From contig OY969931.1 in assembly GCA_963704705.1 (NCBI GenBank), forward strand, positions 330,001 through 362,000: a stretch of 32,000 bases of DNA. The letters are read 5' to 3'. Origin of the DNA: an uncultured bacterium (lineage in GTDB: Bacteria > Patescibacteriota > Gracilibacteria > UBA1369 > PNNO01). The position numbers and the translations under genes were made by a program. Positions within the stretch are counted from its first letter, which is position 1. The number at the start of each line of letters is the position of its first letter. The notes below the pieces were generated by a model. The model searched no databases and was not told the origin of the DNA. It saw only the letters and a list, made by a program, of their open reading frames with translations. Below are positions 7,990 through 17,784 of the stretch, one piece after another.

Positions 7990-9333
7990 TTAGAATGCAG
8001 TAGTTTGACTGTTTTGGATATCTAGAACCGTATCTGAAGATCTCTCGTATTTGATTGTAACGTTGTATTGTTCGCTATAAAAGTAATCGATCGGGCCGGT
8101 TCCAACTCCAATTGTGTCAGTTTCGATATTAATCAAATCATTAAATAGATCAAGTGTTTCTTGACCTAATCCTTCAACAAGAATTCTGTTTCTGGCTTCA
8201 GAAAGAATATCATTTGAATTAACAGATTGCGGTTTAATATATTCTATATTATCCAAAACTTTGCTGATTTCTTCATCAAGATACTCGGTTAAATTTGACC
8301 AGCCATAAGCTGTGTAAACTTGTAAAACCTGATTGTCAGGATAAAAAATATAATAATCGTCATGAACAGGACTGGCATTTAAATTAATTGTTTCATAACC
8401 AGCCAGAGTAAGTGTATTTTTTTGATATGTACCAAAATCCGATTTATAAACCATTTCAATGTTTTGAATGTAATTTGTTTTAGATAAGTTGTCTTCGTTA
8501 AGATCCAAATGAAACTTAATATCAGCCCCTAAAGGGTACGGTACCTCATAATTACTTTGATGATTCACAGTATCGGGATGCCAGAAAACAATTTGATCTT
8601 CATTATTAATTATTTTCCAGTCAAAAGGAAGTTTTGTTTTAAAGCCGTATTCAGGGTAACTAACAGTTGGCCAGTTTGTAGATATATCAAATGGTTCACC
8701 ATTGTTTTGAAGAACAATCGCTGTTCTATACATTAATTCAACTAGCTCACCACGTGTAATGCTTCTGCCTGCATTTAAATTCCCATCACCCTGCGGTTCT
8801 ATTATATTTTTTTCTTTTGCATAAGCCGCATAAGGCGCATACCATAAATCACCGGTAACATCAGGAAATATAGTGCTGTTTTCAGGTTGATCGGTAATTG
8901 TAACTCCATTTGTTAAAAGTATCATTTTTAGCGTTTCGGCAATGTTTAAATTTTGAATAGGCCTGAAATAGCCATCTTCATATCCTTCAACAATATTTAG
9001 CTCAACCGCTCTTTTTATAAAAGCATAAAACCAATCGTCGGCAGTAACATCAGGAAAAACATCATCTCCTAAATCATTAACATCAACTGATATATCTGAA
9101 CTTAGCAAAATTATTTTAAGGGCTTCGGCTCTGTTTGCGGGCTGATCCGGTCTGAAAGTCCCGTCAGGATAACCCTGAATTACATCTTTGTCATGAAAAT
9201 ATTCAATTGCCGCAGCATATTTATGATCATTCGGGACATCAGGGAAACTGCTATCCGCAACCTGCGCATTAGCAATATAGCTAAATTGGCTTAGCAATAT
9301 AAGGGATAAAATAGTTATTAGTGCCTTCCTCAT
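7990..9333 (-). CDS. secreted SLH-domain protein: three S-layer-homology repeats plus an unknown C-terminal domain of about 230 aa
   Basis: Signal peptide (MRKALITILSLILLSQFSYIANA). Three repeats follow the SLH pattern F(P)DV..W...I......I.GY.DG.FRP....R.E. The start overlaps the lgt stop (ATGA). Confidence 0.8.
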   Translation of the reverse strand: MRKALITILSLILLSQFSYIANAQVADSSFPDVPNDHKYAAAIEYFHDKDVIQGYPDGTFRPDQPANRAEALKIILLSSDISVDVNDLGDDVFPDVTADDWFYAFIKRAVELNIVEGYEDGYFRPIQNLNIAETLKMILLTNGVTITDQPENSTIFPDVTGDLWYAPYAAYAKEKNIIEPQGDGNLNAGRSITRGELVELMYRTAIVLQNNGEPFDISTNWPTVSYPEYGFKTKLPFDWKIINNEDQIVFWHPDTVNHQSNYEVPYPLGADIKFHLDLNEDNLSKTNYIQNIEMVYKSDFGTYQKNTLTLAGYETINLNASPVHDDYYIFYPDNQVLQVYTAYGWSNLTEYLDEEISKVLDNIEYIKPQSVNSNDILSEARNRILVEGLGQETLDLFNDLINIETDTIGVGTGPIDYFYSEQYNVTIKYERSSDTVLDIQNSQTTAF

Positions 9334-10097
9334 TTTTTCTTAAGTTTTAACACAAGCAGTGGTACAAAGATAACAAATAATCCCGCAGAAATCCACTGAG
9401 ATAATGTTAAATAATAAAATCTCGGATCGGAAACACCAATGATATCTGAAGATCTTGTGAAATCAACTAGGAATCTGGAAGCTGCATAAAACATAACAAA
9501 AAAGTATGCAGTAACACCTTCTTTATTTTTTATAAAAGGCCATAATAAAATTAAAACTATAAATATCAAAAAACCTATTATTGCAGAATATAAAGAAGGG
9601 GAATGTCTTAAATCTCCCTGGTAATAAGTACCAAGAAAAAATTTGGTACGTTCACCAACATGATTTCCCATTAAATAATCTCCAATTCTTCCAATACCAA
9701 TTCCAAGTGCTAAACCAGGAGCAATTATGTCAGCTGCCTGCCAAAAATGCAGTTTTTTTAAATTGAAATAAATTAGCGCTGAAATTACCCCAAAAATCAC
9801 TCCTCCATATAAACTAAGTCCGCCTTTTGTTATATTTATAAGTTCCATTATGCCTCCGCCTTCTCCAAAAAATTTATCAAAATGTTCCAGAGAATAAACA
9901 AATCTTGCGCCTATAATTCCAAAAATAAAAACAATTATAAATAAATCATAAAGATTTTCACTTGTGACTTTATCTTTATTTGAACCTTTTAGTCTTTTTG
10001 CCCTGCCAATAGAAATAAGTAGAGCAACAAGCATTCCAAGAGCCACAAATAGTCCCCAAACCTGAATACTCAAGGGACCTAAATCAAAAGTCGGCAT
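9330..10097 (-). CDS. lgt: prolipoprotein diacylglyceryl transferase
   Basis: 255-aa polytopic membrane protein. It has an Lgt-like N-terminus (FDLGPLSIQVWGLFVALGMLVA), GARFVY and GRIGDYLMGNHVGE motifs, and a basic C-terminus. Confidence 0.85.
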   Translation of the reverse strand: MPTFDLGPLSIQVWGLFVALGMLVALLISIGRAKRLKGSNKDKVTSENLYDLFIIVFIFGIIGARFVYSLEHFDKFFGEGGGIMELINITKGGLSLYGGVIFGVISALIYFNLKKLHFWQAADIIAPGLALGIGIGRIGDYLMGNHVGERTKFFLGTYYQGDLRHSPSLYSAIIGFLIFIVLILLWPFIKNKEGVTAYFFVMFYAASRFLVDFTRSSDIIGVSDPRFYYLTLSQWISAGLFVIFVPLLVLKLKKK

Positions 10098-10109
10098 AAT
10101 TTGTTATGG

Positions 10110-11108
10110 TTATTGGATAAGTGAATCAACAGTTTGCTTTAGAGTTTCATATGTAACAGCACCTCCGATATATTTATCATTTATAAAGAAAGCCGGAGTT
10201 CCGTTTACACCGAATTTATAACCTTCCGCAGTCTGACTATTAACAACTTGTGCATATTTTTCAGTGTCAGTGCATTCACCAAATTGGTCCATATTAAGGC
10301 CTATTGTTGATGCTGCAGAATTAATTGCATCTGTTGGATCGCTAACTAGGAATTCAGCCTGGTTTCCAAAAATATAATCATGAAATTCCCAGAATTTATC
10401 TTGTTCAGCAGCACATTCTGATGCATTTTCCAATTGCATATCTATTCCGCCTCGGTTGAAATGTTTGTAAACCAATTGAACATCATTTGGATATTCATCT
10501 AGTAACTGTGAAAGTATCGGACTCATATTTGAGCAATAATGGCACGACAAACTACTAAATTCAACTATTGTAACTTTTGGATTTTCTGCACCAAGTTTAT
10601 GGCCGATATCGTAATTAGGAAGTGTCAAATATTTATTTGGCTGCATTAGTAAAATATATTTATCACCCTGCTTCATAAAGCTATCTTTTGTTTGATTATA
10701 AAGCTCAGTTTCTGCCAAGTCTGTATTGAAAATTAAAACCGGAACAGTTGCCAAATCAAAATCTTTAATATATTTTTGACCCATTTCATCATTTACATCA
10801 ATTTCATTCACAACAAATTCCATTTTAAATTCATCTTCAATTTTACTTAATATATCCTTGTAATCGTAATTTGGATTAGTTACTGATTTATCAGTTAATA
10901 CATCCACTCTTAATTGTTCAACAACAGGATATCTGTCGTCTTGAATTCCAATAATAGTATTAACACCATTATGTATATTCGGGCTTTTTTCATAAACTAT
11001 AAATGCCGCAAAAAGCACTATTAATATAATTGTAACAATCATCCAAACATTTACTTTTTTACTTTTTTTTGTTTTTGCAGTTTTAGCAGTTTTAGCAGTT
11101 CTAGGCAT
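10110..11108 (-). CDS. membrane-anchored DsbA-family thiol:disulfide oxidoreductase
   Basis: Thioredoxin-fold C-terminal domain with a CHYC active site (VEFSSLSCHYCSNM) and the DsbA-like motif FGVNGTPAFFIN. A single N-terminal TM helix is present. I chose the ATG at 11108 (MPRTAKTAKTAKT...) because the longer track ORF would overlap hisS by 83 nt. Confidence 0.75.
   Translation of the reverse strand: MPRTAKTAKTAKTKKSKKVNVWMIVTIILIVLFAAFIVYEKSPNIHNGVNTIIGIQDDRYPVVEQLRVDVLTDKSVTNPNYDYKDILSKIEDEFKMEFVVNEIDVNDEMGQKYIKDFDLATVPVLIFNTDLAETELYNQTKDSFMKQGDKYILLMQPNKYLTLPNYDIGHKLGAENPKVTIVEFSSLSCHYCSNMSPILSQLLDEYPNDVQLVYKHFNRGGIDMQLENASECAAEQDKFWEFHDYIFGNQAEFLVSDPTDAINSAASTIGLNMDQFGECTDTEKYAQVVNSQTAEGYKFGVNGTPAFFINDKYIGGAVTYETLKQTVDSLIQ
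11077..11103 (-). repeat. 9-bp tandem repeat, 3 copies, encoding (TAK)3 at the DsbA-like N-terminus
   Basis: Plus strand reads GCAGTTTTA GCAGTTTTA GCAGTTCTA. Confidence 0.6.
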
Positions 11109-11124
11109 GTTAATTGGGGTTAAT

Positions 11125-12462
11125 TTAGTAAACGAGTTCACCCGGAGTATATCGGTCCAGGTTTTTCTTGCCGATTTTTTCGATAAGTTCATCAATGATC
11201 TGATCAAATTTAACTATCTCCTGACTTCCTTTTTTCATATTTCTAATGATAGCGGTTCCTTCACGAACTTCAGTAATTCCAACTATCACGGTATAAGGAG
11301 CATCAAATTTATCAGCCATTTTTAGTTGTTGTTTCATAGCACCTTTTCCTAGTGCACCAATTGTTTTAATTCCTGCTTCGCGCATTTCATCAATTAGCTT
11401 TAAACATTTCTTTTTTGCTTCTTTGCCAAGCTGAGCAACAAAAACATGTACATCATCTTTTGAAGGAACTCTGATTTTTTCACGTTTCATGTGAGCAATA
11501 ATTCTTTCAATCCCTGCCGCATATCCTACTGCAGGTGTAGGCTGGCCTCCCATTAATTCAACCAGTCCGTCATATCTTCCTCCGCCTCCAATAGCGTTTT
11601 GCGCGCCTTCTTTATTATCCCAGAATTCAAATACGATATGAGTGTAATAATCCAATCCGCGAACAAGTCTTGGATTTTCAGTATATTTAATATCCATTTC
11701 ATCCAAAAACTCTTTTACATCCTGATAGTATTCCAGGCTTTCTTTAGATAAATAATCAGTCATCTTAGGTGCAAGTTCTGCTAGTATCATGCAGTCTTCA
11801 TTTTTGCAATCAAGTAATCTTAATGGATTTTGCTCAAGTCTGCTTTTGCAATGTTCGCATAATGAACGCTCTTTACCGTAATAATAATCTTTAAGGGCCT
11901 GAATGTATTTTTTTCTGTCTTCAAGCGAACCGATTGTGTTTAATTGAATATCAAAAAGCTTTTCAATTCCCAAGTCTTCATTTATTTTATTAGCCAAAAA
12001 TATTACCTGCGCATCCAATGCAGGGTCTAATTCACCAATCATCTCAAAACCAAATTGCCAGAATTGTCTGTATCTGCCTTTTTGAGGACGATCATACCGA
12101 TACATCGCATCAATATAATAAAGCTCAACAGGCTGAGGAAGCTGGTTCATGCCATGTTGTATATACGCTCTTACAACACCGGCAGTATTTTCAGGCCTTA
12201 AAGTTAAACTTCGTCCTTTTTTATCCTCAAAAGTGTACATTTCTTTTTCAACTATATCAGTGGCATCACCAATACTACGTACAAATACATCAGTATATTC
12301 AAAAGCAGGAGTTGTAATTCTTTTAAATCCAGCTTGTCGTAGTCTATGACGAACAACCTTTTTAATGTAAGTGTGGAATTCGTGATCCATTGGAAGAATA
12401 TCGTGTACGCCTTTTGGTGTTTGATAAGGAGGCTTTACAGAAAAGTTCGTTTCGTCATTCAT
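11125..12462 (-). CDS. hisS: histidine--tRNA ligase
   Basis: 445 aa. Class II synthetase motifs in the HisRS pattern (PKGVHDILP, LRPENTAGVVRAY, YRYDRPQKGRYRQFWQFG, GGGRYDGL) plus a C-terminal anticodon-binding domain. Confidence 0.95.
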   Translation of the reverse strand: MNDETNFSVKPPYQTPKGVHDILPMDHEFHTYIKKVVRHRLRQAGFKRITTPAFEYTDVFVRSIGDATDIVEKEMYTFEDKKGRSLTLRPENTAGVVRAYIQHGMNQLPQPVELYYIDAMYRYDRPQKGRYRQFWQFGFEMIGELDPALDAQVIFLANKINEDLGIEKLFDIQLNTIGSLEDRKKYIQALKDYYYGKERSLCEHCKSRLEQNPLRLLDCKNEDCMILAELAPKMTDYLSKESLEYYQDVKEFLDEMDIKYTENPRLVRGLDYYTHIVFEFWDNKEGAQNAIGGGGRYDGLVELMGGQPTPAVGYAAGIERIIAHMKREKIRVPSKDDVHVFVAQLGKEAKKKCLKLIDEMREAGIKTIGALGKGAMKQQLKMADKFDAPYTVIVGITEVREGTAIIRNMKKGSQEIVKFDQIIDELIEKIGKKNLDRYTPGELVY

Positions 12463-12526
12463 ATAATTTAATTTAAGCGCGTTAAATAAGAACGTACCTA
12501 TTATTATACGGTTTTTTTTAAATAAT

Positions 12527-13534
12527 TCAATTATTTTGCTTAAAGCCTTTTTTAATCATACCGATACTTTGTTTTGAGGCATGTGCAAGGCCTATAAAAA
12601 TGAAGACAATATCTCTAAGTCTTAAAATCAAAACAAATACAAATACATTTATACTTACACCAAGGAATGCGAAAACCCCTGCATGACTACCTTCAAGCAT
12701 ACCCAATCCTCCCGGCACAGGCAGAATATATGAAATCCCAGGGATGGTTGCAGATAAAAATGACTGAAGAAAACTTAAATGCACTCCCATAAAACGAGCA
12801 ACAAGCCAGTGTTCAATAACCATAAAAAACACAGTTGCAAAAGAAAGTAACATTAAAAAAATAAATTTACCTATATTGTGGATATAAAAGTGGGCCATCT
12901 GTTCTTCAACGTTTATTATGCTTTGCTCATGTTTTTTGACATATTTAAGTTTATTTAATTTGAAAAATTTTAATAAGGAACTGAAAAACCCAATTTTTTT
13001 AATTGTCGCATAATAGAACCAAAAAATTAAACCTCCGAAAATTAAAATCAATATTGTGAGCATAATTTCAACTTTACCACTGAAAATATCACTTCCAATC
13101 ATGGAAACTAAAAACCCGCTAAAAATAAATAAAATTAAAGCGGTATATTCGAAAATTTTATCAATTACAACAGATGAAACAGCGCTTTTTGTATCCACTC
13201 CTTCTTCCTGAAGAAAAAATATCCTTACTGGTTCACCGCCTGATGAAGCTACCGGAGTTAAATAATTAACTGCGTAGGCTGTCATCCTATGCAAATATAG
13301 TCTATAAAACGGGATTTTTTTCCCTACATGCTGCTGTCGCAAAATCACATTCCATCTAAATGTAAATAAGCCAAAATTAGCTAATGAAACAAAGACAAGA
13401 ATTATAAAATTTAAAAGAGAAAATTTACTTAAAGATTCGACAATCGAATCTACACCGGTTGTAACAATTACTGAAACGAAGAGCCCGATGCCTATTATAA
13501 GGAAGAAGATGAATGCAAATGTACGTTTCACCAT
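12527..13534 (-). CDS. flippase-like / lysylphosphatidylglycerol-synthase TM-region family (UPF0104) membrane protein
   Basis: 335 aa with about 8 TM helices. The N-terminal pattern (...LLNFIILVFVSLANFGLFTFRWNVILRQ) and overall architecture resemble the UPF0104 family. Assignment is by resemblance only. Confidence 0.65.
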   Translation of the reverse strand: MVKRTFAFIFFLIIGIGLFVSVIVTTGVDSIVESLSKFSLLNFIILVFVSLANFGLFTFRWNVILRQQHVGKKIPFYRLYLHRMTAYAVNYLTPVASSGGEPVRIFFLQEEGVDTKSAVSSVVIDKIFEYTALILFIFSGFLVSMIGSDIFSGKVEIMLTILILIFGGLIFWFYYATIKKIGFFSSLLKFFKLNKLKYVKKHEQSIINVEEQMAHFYIHNIGKFIFLMLLSFATVFFMVIEHWLVARFMGVHLSFLQSFLSATIPGISYILPVPGGLGMLEGSHAGVFAFLGVSINVFVFVLILRLRDIVFIFIGLAHASKQSIGMIKKGFKQNN

Positions 13535-13567
13535 ATCGATCAGAAGTTTACCTTAAATAATTAAAAA

Positions 13568-13909
13568 TTAAAATAGTCTGTTTTTTGTTCTCTGGAATCT
13601 TATAAAAGTAGCATAAACAGGCACCATAAAAGCCTGTGTCATTCTTTCAATTTCATTGTTATCTTCAGCAACCATAAAATCCTCAAGTGTTTCACTTATT
13701 AATTCTGATAAAGCTGCGATGAATTCTGCAATTACAATATTATCGCATTGTAAGAAAATATGCACCAAGGCCACTTCAAGTTTTTGATACGTATTTGGAT
13801 CAAGAAGATACTGGATTACATTATTTTGAAAATTATCAGGAATTTTAAGGCCATGCGTTTCAGCAATTATTTCGTATTTGTAAGAAGAGTTGTTTTCAGA
13901 AGATTCCAT
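13568..13909 (-). CDS. hypothetical protein (113 aa)
   Basis: A clean ORF that fills the gap between tsaD and the UPF0104 gene on the same strand. No recognisable motif. Confidence 0.5.
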   Translation of the reverse strand: MESSENNSSYKYEIIAETHGLKIPDNFQNNVIQYLLDPNTYQKLEVALVHIFLQCDNIVIAEFIAALSELISETLEDFMVAEDNNEIERMTQAFMVPVYATFIRFQRTKNRLF

Positions 13910-13953
13910 TTTTTTAATTAGGGCTTATAATTATAACATTTTTAATAAAAACG

Positions 13954-14913
13954 TCAAGCCCTCTTAAAATAACCATATGCTGCAACCATTGCAGCATTAT
14001 CTGTACAATATTTTATTGATTTAGGGAAAAATATTTTACCAACCCTTTTTTCAGCCTCTGCTCTTAACAATTTATTTGCCGAAACCCCGCCAGCCAGGTG
14101 TATTTGTTTAGGTGCGTATTTATCTGCTGCCTGTGCAAGTTTTTCAACAAGTGTTTCCGCAACTGTTTTTTGAAAACTAGCAGCCATGTCATTTACAAAT
14201 TTTTCATCAAGTTTCTCTGGATCAAAGTCGCGACCATGATTATTTTGGATTTCATATAAAACAGCTGTTTTTAACCCGGAAAAACTAAAGTCCAAGCCAT
14301 CAATTTTGGCTATTGGAAGCGCAAACGCCAGATCGTTTCCATTCGCCGCTGCTTTTTGGATTGCTGGCCCACCAGGATATCCAAGCCCCAATAGTTTAGC
14401 GACCTTATCAAAAGCTTCACCTGCTGCATCGTCTCGTGATTCTCCTACGACCTCAAACTCATCATGGGACTTCATTAGAATTAATTCATTATGACCACCT
14501 GAAACTGTTAATACCAATGCTGGAAATTCAAAATCGCTTCTTTCACGCTCGCACCAATTTCCATAAATATGCGCATAAATATGATTAATTGGAATAAGTG
14601 GTTTTCCTTTAACTTCAGCCAAAGTTTGGGCGGTTACAAAACCCGTCAATAAAGCGCTTATCAGTCCGGGTTCATTAACAGCAGCAATTGCCTCAATTTC
14701 ATTCCAATCGGTTTGTGCCTCTTTTAAAGCTTCTTCAACTACAGGCAAAATCTTTATGATATGTTCTCTTGCCGCGACCTCGGGCACAACACCACCTGTT
14801 TTTTGATGTAAATCGATTTGGCTTGCAATAACATTTGAAAGTACATGTGTCCCGTTTTCAACCACGGCAGCAGCTGTTTCATCGCAGGATGTTTCGATTC
14901 CTAAAATTTTCAC
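13954..14913 (-). CDS. tsaD: tRNA N6-adenosine threonylcarbamoyltransferase TsaD
   Basis: The N-terminus MKILGIETSCDETAAAVV, the HxxxH metal site (HIYAHIYGN), SGGH and the GVSAN motif are characteristic of Kae1/TsaD. Confidence 0.93.
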   Translation of the reverse strand: MKILGIETSCDETAAAVVENGTHVLSNVIASQIDLHQKTGGVVPEVAAREHIIKILPVVEEALKEAQTDWNEIEAIAAVNEPGLISALLTGFVTAQTLAEVKGKPLIPINHIYAHIYGNWCERERSDFEFPALVLTVSGGHNELILMKSHDEFEVVGESRDDAAGEAFDKVAKLLGLGYPGGPAIQKAAANGNDLAFALPIAKIDGLDFSFSGLKTAVLYEIQNNHGRDFDPEKLDEKFVNDMAASFQKTVAETLVEKLAQAADKYAPKQIHLAGGVSANKLLRAEAEKRVGKIFFPKSIKYCTDNAAMVAAYGYFKRA

Positions 14914-14917
14914 AGAC

Positions 14918-14947
14918 TTGACAAAATTAATATTATATTGATAAAAT
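14918..14947 (+). promoter_or_regulatory. candidate promoter with an extended -10
   Basis: TTGACA (14918-14923), then TGATAAAAT (14939-14947), upstream of the 14981 ORF. Confidence 0.4.
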
Positions 14948-14980
14948 CATTACGTAAATTATAGAATAATATTTTATTAA

Positions 14981-15274
14981 ATGAAAGAGAGCAAACCAGA
15001 AGTTAAGGAAAGCAAATTAAAAACCGAAGCTAAAAATGCGGGAATTGCTGTTGCAGTATTTGCCATCATGTTAGCTGTTACTGCTTCAATGGCAAAAGTC
15101 GCAAAAGTTATAGATCCACCTGAAGAAAAATATAAAATGGCTATAAAAATAAAACCTTCAAAAGAAGTGGAGCATTTATCTATTGATGTTAAATTCATTA
15201 AACAATGCGTAAAAAATGTAGTTCATGCAGCTCCTTCGTCTTTTGGAAAAACTTTTTATAAAGATTGTGAATAA
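14981..15274 (+). CDS. hypothetical small membrane protein (97 aa)
   Basis: Lys/Glu-rich N-terminus, one TM helix (GIAVAVFAIMLAVTASMA) and a promoter-like motif upstream. It is co-directional with cca. I prefer it to the antisense 73-aa ORF. Confidence 0.45.
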   Translation: MKESKPEVKESKLKTEAKNAGIAVAVFAIMLAVTASMAKVAKVIDPPEEKYKMAIKIKPSKEVEHLSIDVKFIKQCVKNVVHAAPSSFGKTFYKDCE

Positions 15275-15292
15275 TGTTGGCCATGAGTATAA

Positions 15293-16606
15293 TTGAAAAT
15301 AATGAAGCCAACATCCATTAAAATTATAGAAAAACTTCGAGCCAATGGCCACGAAGCCTATTGGGCCGGCGGATGCGTACGCGACATTCTTCTTGGAATT
15401 GAGCCAAAAGATTATGATATCGCTACTTCGGCAAAACCCGAGGAAATTGAAGAATTATTGGAAGAAACAAAACCTGTTGGCAAAGAATTCGGAGTCATTC
15501 TTGTTATTGAAGGCGGACATGCATATGAAGTTGCCACTTTCAGATCGGATTCGGGATATTCAGACGGACGAAGACCTGATGCGGTTTTATTTACCGATAA
15601 AAAAGAAGATGCATTACGTCGCGACTTTACAATTAACGGAATGTTTTATGATCCGATTGCAGATAAAGTATTGGATTATGTAGGAGGTCAAAAAGATCTC
15701 GATGCAGAAATAATAAGATTTATCGGCAATCCTCATGAAAGAATTTTAGAAGATCAACTTAGAATTTTAAGGGCAATAAGGTTTAAAAATGAATTTGGAT
15801 TTCAATATCATCCCGATACTTACAAAGCCTTGAAAAATCATGCGGCATTAATAGAAAGAGTGAGCCCTGAGAGAATCCAGCATGAGCTTAATAAAATGAT
15901 AGTAGGCAAAAATCGTGTTGAGGCATTTGAAGATATGAGCGAGATCGGAATTCTTAAATACATAATACCGGAACTCGAAGATTTGAGAGGTGTGCCTCAG
16001 CCGCGTCAATTTCATGAGGAAGGCGATGTTTGGGATCATACAATGCGTGCATTAAAATTTTGTGATGATCATGCTTCACGAGATGTTAAGTGGGCAGTTT
16101 TATTTCATGACATCGGAAAACCTGAAACTTTTAAAATGGCTGAAAGAATTAGATACAACGGCCATTGTGAAAAAAGCAAAGAAATTGCGCATAATATAAT
16201 GACGCGTTTGAAATTTCCAAGGAAAGATATTCAGGAAGTGGAATGGCTGGTTGAACATCATATGATGATGCAGCCATTGCTTGATTTACCTGAAGGTAAG
16301 GTTCGTAAATGGTTTTTAAATGAAGATTTTTTAAATTTAATGCAGGTTTTTGAGGCAGATGCCAAAGGTATTTTACCTACTGATATGACTATGTATGACG
16401 AAATACTTGCTCGATACCGCGAGGTAATGAAAGAAATGCCTGAAGGCAAACCAAAGCCATTTATTGCCGGTGAAGATGTAATGAAAATTTGCGGTCTTGA
16501 GCCAGGTGAGAAAGTCGGTAAAATTTTAGATGATGTATATGAAAAACAGCTCGCAAAGGAATTAACTTCACGAGCTGCGGCAATTAAATATTTAAAAGGT
16601 CTTTAA
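15293..16606 (+). CDS. cca: CCA-adding tRNA nucleotidyltransferase with an HD domain
   Basis: Motifs GGCVRDILLG..KDYDIAT, RRDFTINGMFYD and RAIRF, plus an HD-domain HDIGKP motif. The start could be the TTG at 15293 or the ATG at 15302. Confidence 0.9.
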   Translation: MKIMKPTSIKIIEKLRANGHEAYWAGGCVRDILLGIEPKDYDIATSAKPEEIEELLEETKPVGKEFGVILVIEGGHAYEVATFRSDSGYSDGRRPDAVLFTDKKEDALRRDFTINGMFYDPIADKVLDYVGGQKDLDAEIIRFIGNPHERILEDQLRILRAIRFKNEFGFQYHPDTYKALKNHAALIERVSPERIQHELNKMIVGKNRVEAFEDMSEIGILKYIIPELEDLRGVPQPRQFHEEGDVWDHTMRALKFCDDHASRDVKWAVLFHDIGKPETFKMAERIRYNGHCEKSKEIAHNIMTRLKFPRKDIQEVEWLVEHHMMMQPLLDLPEGKVRKWFLNEDFLNLMQVFEADAKGILPTDMTMYDEILARYREVMKEMPEGKPKPFIAGEDVMKICGLEPGEKVGKILDDVYEKQLAKELTSRAAAIKYLKGL

Positions 16607-17760
16607 AACTTTTGCAGATTAAGTTTTTCGTAAATGTGTTTTTTGTAAGTCCATAATGATCCAAATGCAATCATAGTAACGAAGAAACATACAAACCATC
16701 CAAGTATAGGGATCATTCCAACAATCATAATAATAAAGCCACCTAAAGCAATTATTCCGAATAGTTTTCCTTTTGTCATTTTTTTAGGTTTCAGAAGAAA
16801 ATTACCTATAAACATTGCAGCATAAACCTTTGCAAAAGCCCATGTAATACCTAAAAGTCCAAGTAAGATAAATGCAAGAGGCAAGCCTATTACAGTAATA
16901 CTTAATATTATTGCAGCGGCAATAGAGCAAATCCATAAAACAAAACCCAGTCCCAAACTTCTCCAAGTGTGCTCTTTACACACTTTTGTTGTTGCAATTA
17001 AAGTTATTGGTAATAATGATACTAAAACAATTGCTAAAACCAGCATTGTTAAGTACATGAATATCTGCCAAAAAATATGAAATTTTGAAAACATTGCTTC
17101 AAAACCTGTTCCAAAATTAGGTTCTTCAATAGCAAGTTCGTTGTGTTCGATAAATCCTGCAACCTGATCTTCATTTAGTTCAGCTTCTCTGAGACTTGTA
17201 TAAACAAGATTTCCGTTTATGTTTGCATCAGGTGTAAGAGTTAATGATTCCTGAATTTCAACAGTAACATCTCTGTAAACATTTCCGCCTAAAATTAATT
17301 TACCTCCTCCTCCGAGTATATCTTCATTAATTGTTCCAAGAACATTTGCAAAACCCGCTCCAAAAACCAATGAACCACCTATTAAAGTGTCGTTGCTAAT
17401 GTTCAATTGGCCACCTGAAGCAATCAAATCATCTCCAATATTTCCATTTATAATTATTGTTCCTCCTGCAACACGAACATCATCCCCTACATCACCGTTT
17501 AAAGTGATTTGTCCGCCAGCTGCAATTAAATCGCCTTTAATGTTTGCATTAATTGTTATAGATCCTCCTCCCACTACAAGATCTCCGTCAATGTCGCTGT
17601 CAATTGTAATAAGTGCGCCTCCTGCATAGACATCATCAAGTGATAAGTCTTGCAAAAAGAGCTCTTCCTGGCCGTAAAAATTGACTGCCATTGCTGTGTT
17701 TGCGCTTATAGCCAAAAACATCAGCGCTGAAAAGAGTACTGTTACTTTTTTCATTTTCAT
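16603..17760 (-). CDS. signal-peptide-bearing beta-helix repeat (bactofilin-like) protein with a C-terminal polytopic membrane domain
   Basis: Signal peptide MKMKKVTVLFSALMFLAISANTAMA. About 8 degenerate repeats of the type GDLxxxGGxIxIxGxI follow (DGDLVVGGGSITINANIKGDLIAAGGQITLNGDVGDDVRVAGGTIIINGNIGDDLIASGG). The protein ends with 4-5 TM helices. Confidence 0.7.
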   Translation of the reverse strand: MKMKKVTVLFSALMFLAISANTAMAVNFYGQEELFLQDLSLDDVYAGGALITIDSDIDGDLVVGGGSITINANIKGDLIAAGGQITLNGDVGDDVRVAGGTIIINGNIGDDLIASGGQLNISNDTLIGGSLVFGAGFANVLGTINEDILGGGGKLILGGNVYRDVTVEIQESLTLTPDANINGNLVYTSLREAELNEDQVAGFIEHNELAIEEPNFGTGFEAMFSKFHIFWQIFMYLTMLVLAIVLVSLLPITLIATTKVCKEHTWRSLGLGFVLWICSIAAAIILSITVIGLPLAFILLGLLGITWAFAKVYAAMFIGNFLLKPKKMTKGKLFGIIALGGFIIMIVGMIPILGWFVCFFVTMIAFGSLWTYKKHIYEKLNLQKF

Positions 17761-17784
17761 TTGATTAATTAATAAATGGGACCA

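Noticed and set aside
14977-15198. A 73-aa minus-strand ORF opposite the 14981..15274 ORF.
   Set aside because: The plus-strand ORF has an upstream promoter-like motif and fits the downstream cca orientation. The minus ORF is probably a hydrophobic mirror shadow. Neither is strongly supported.
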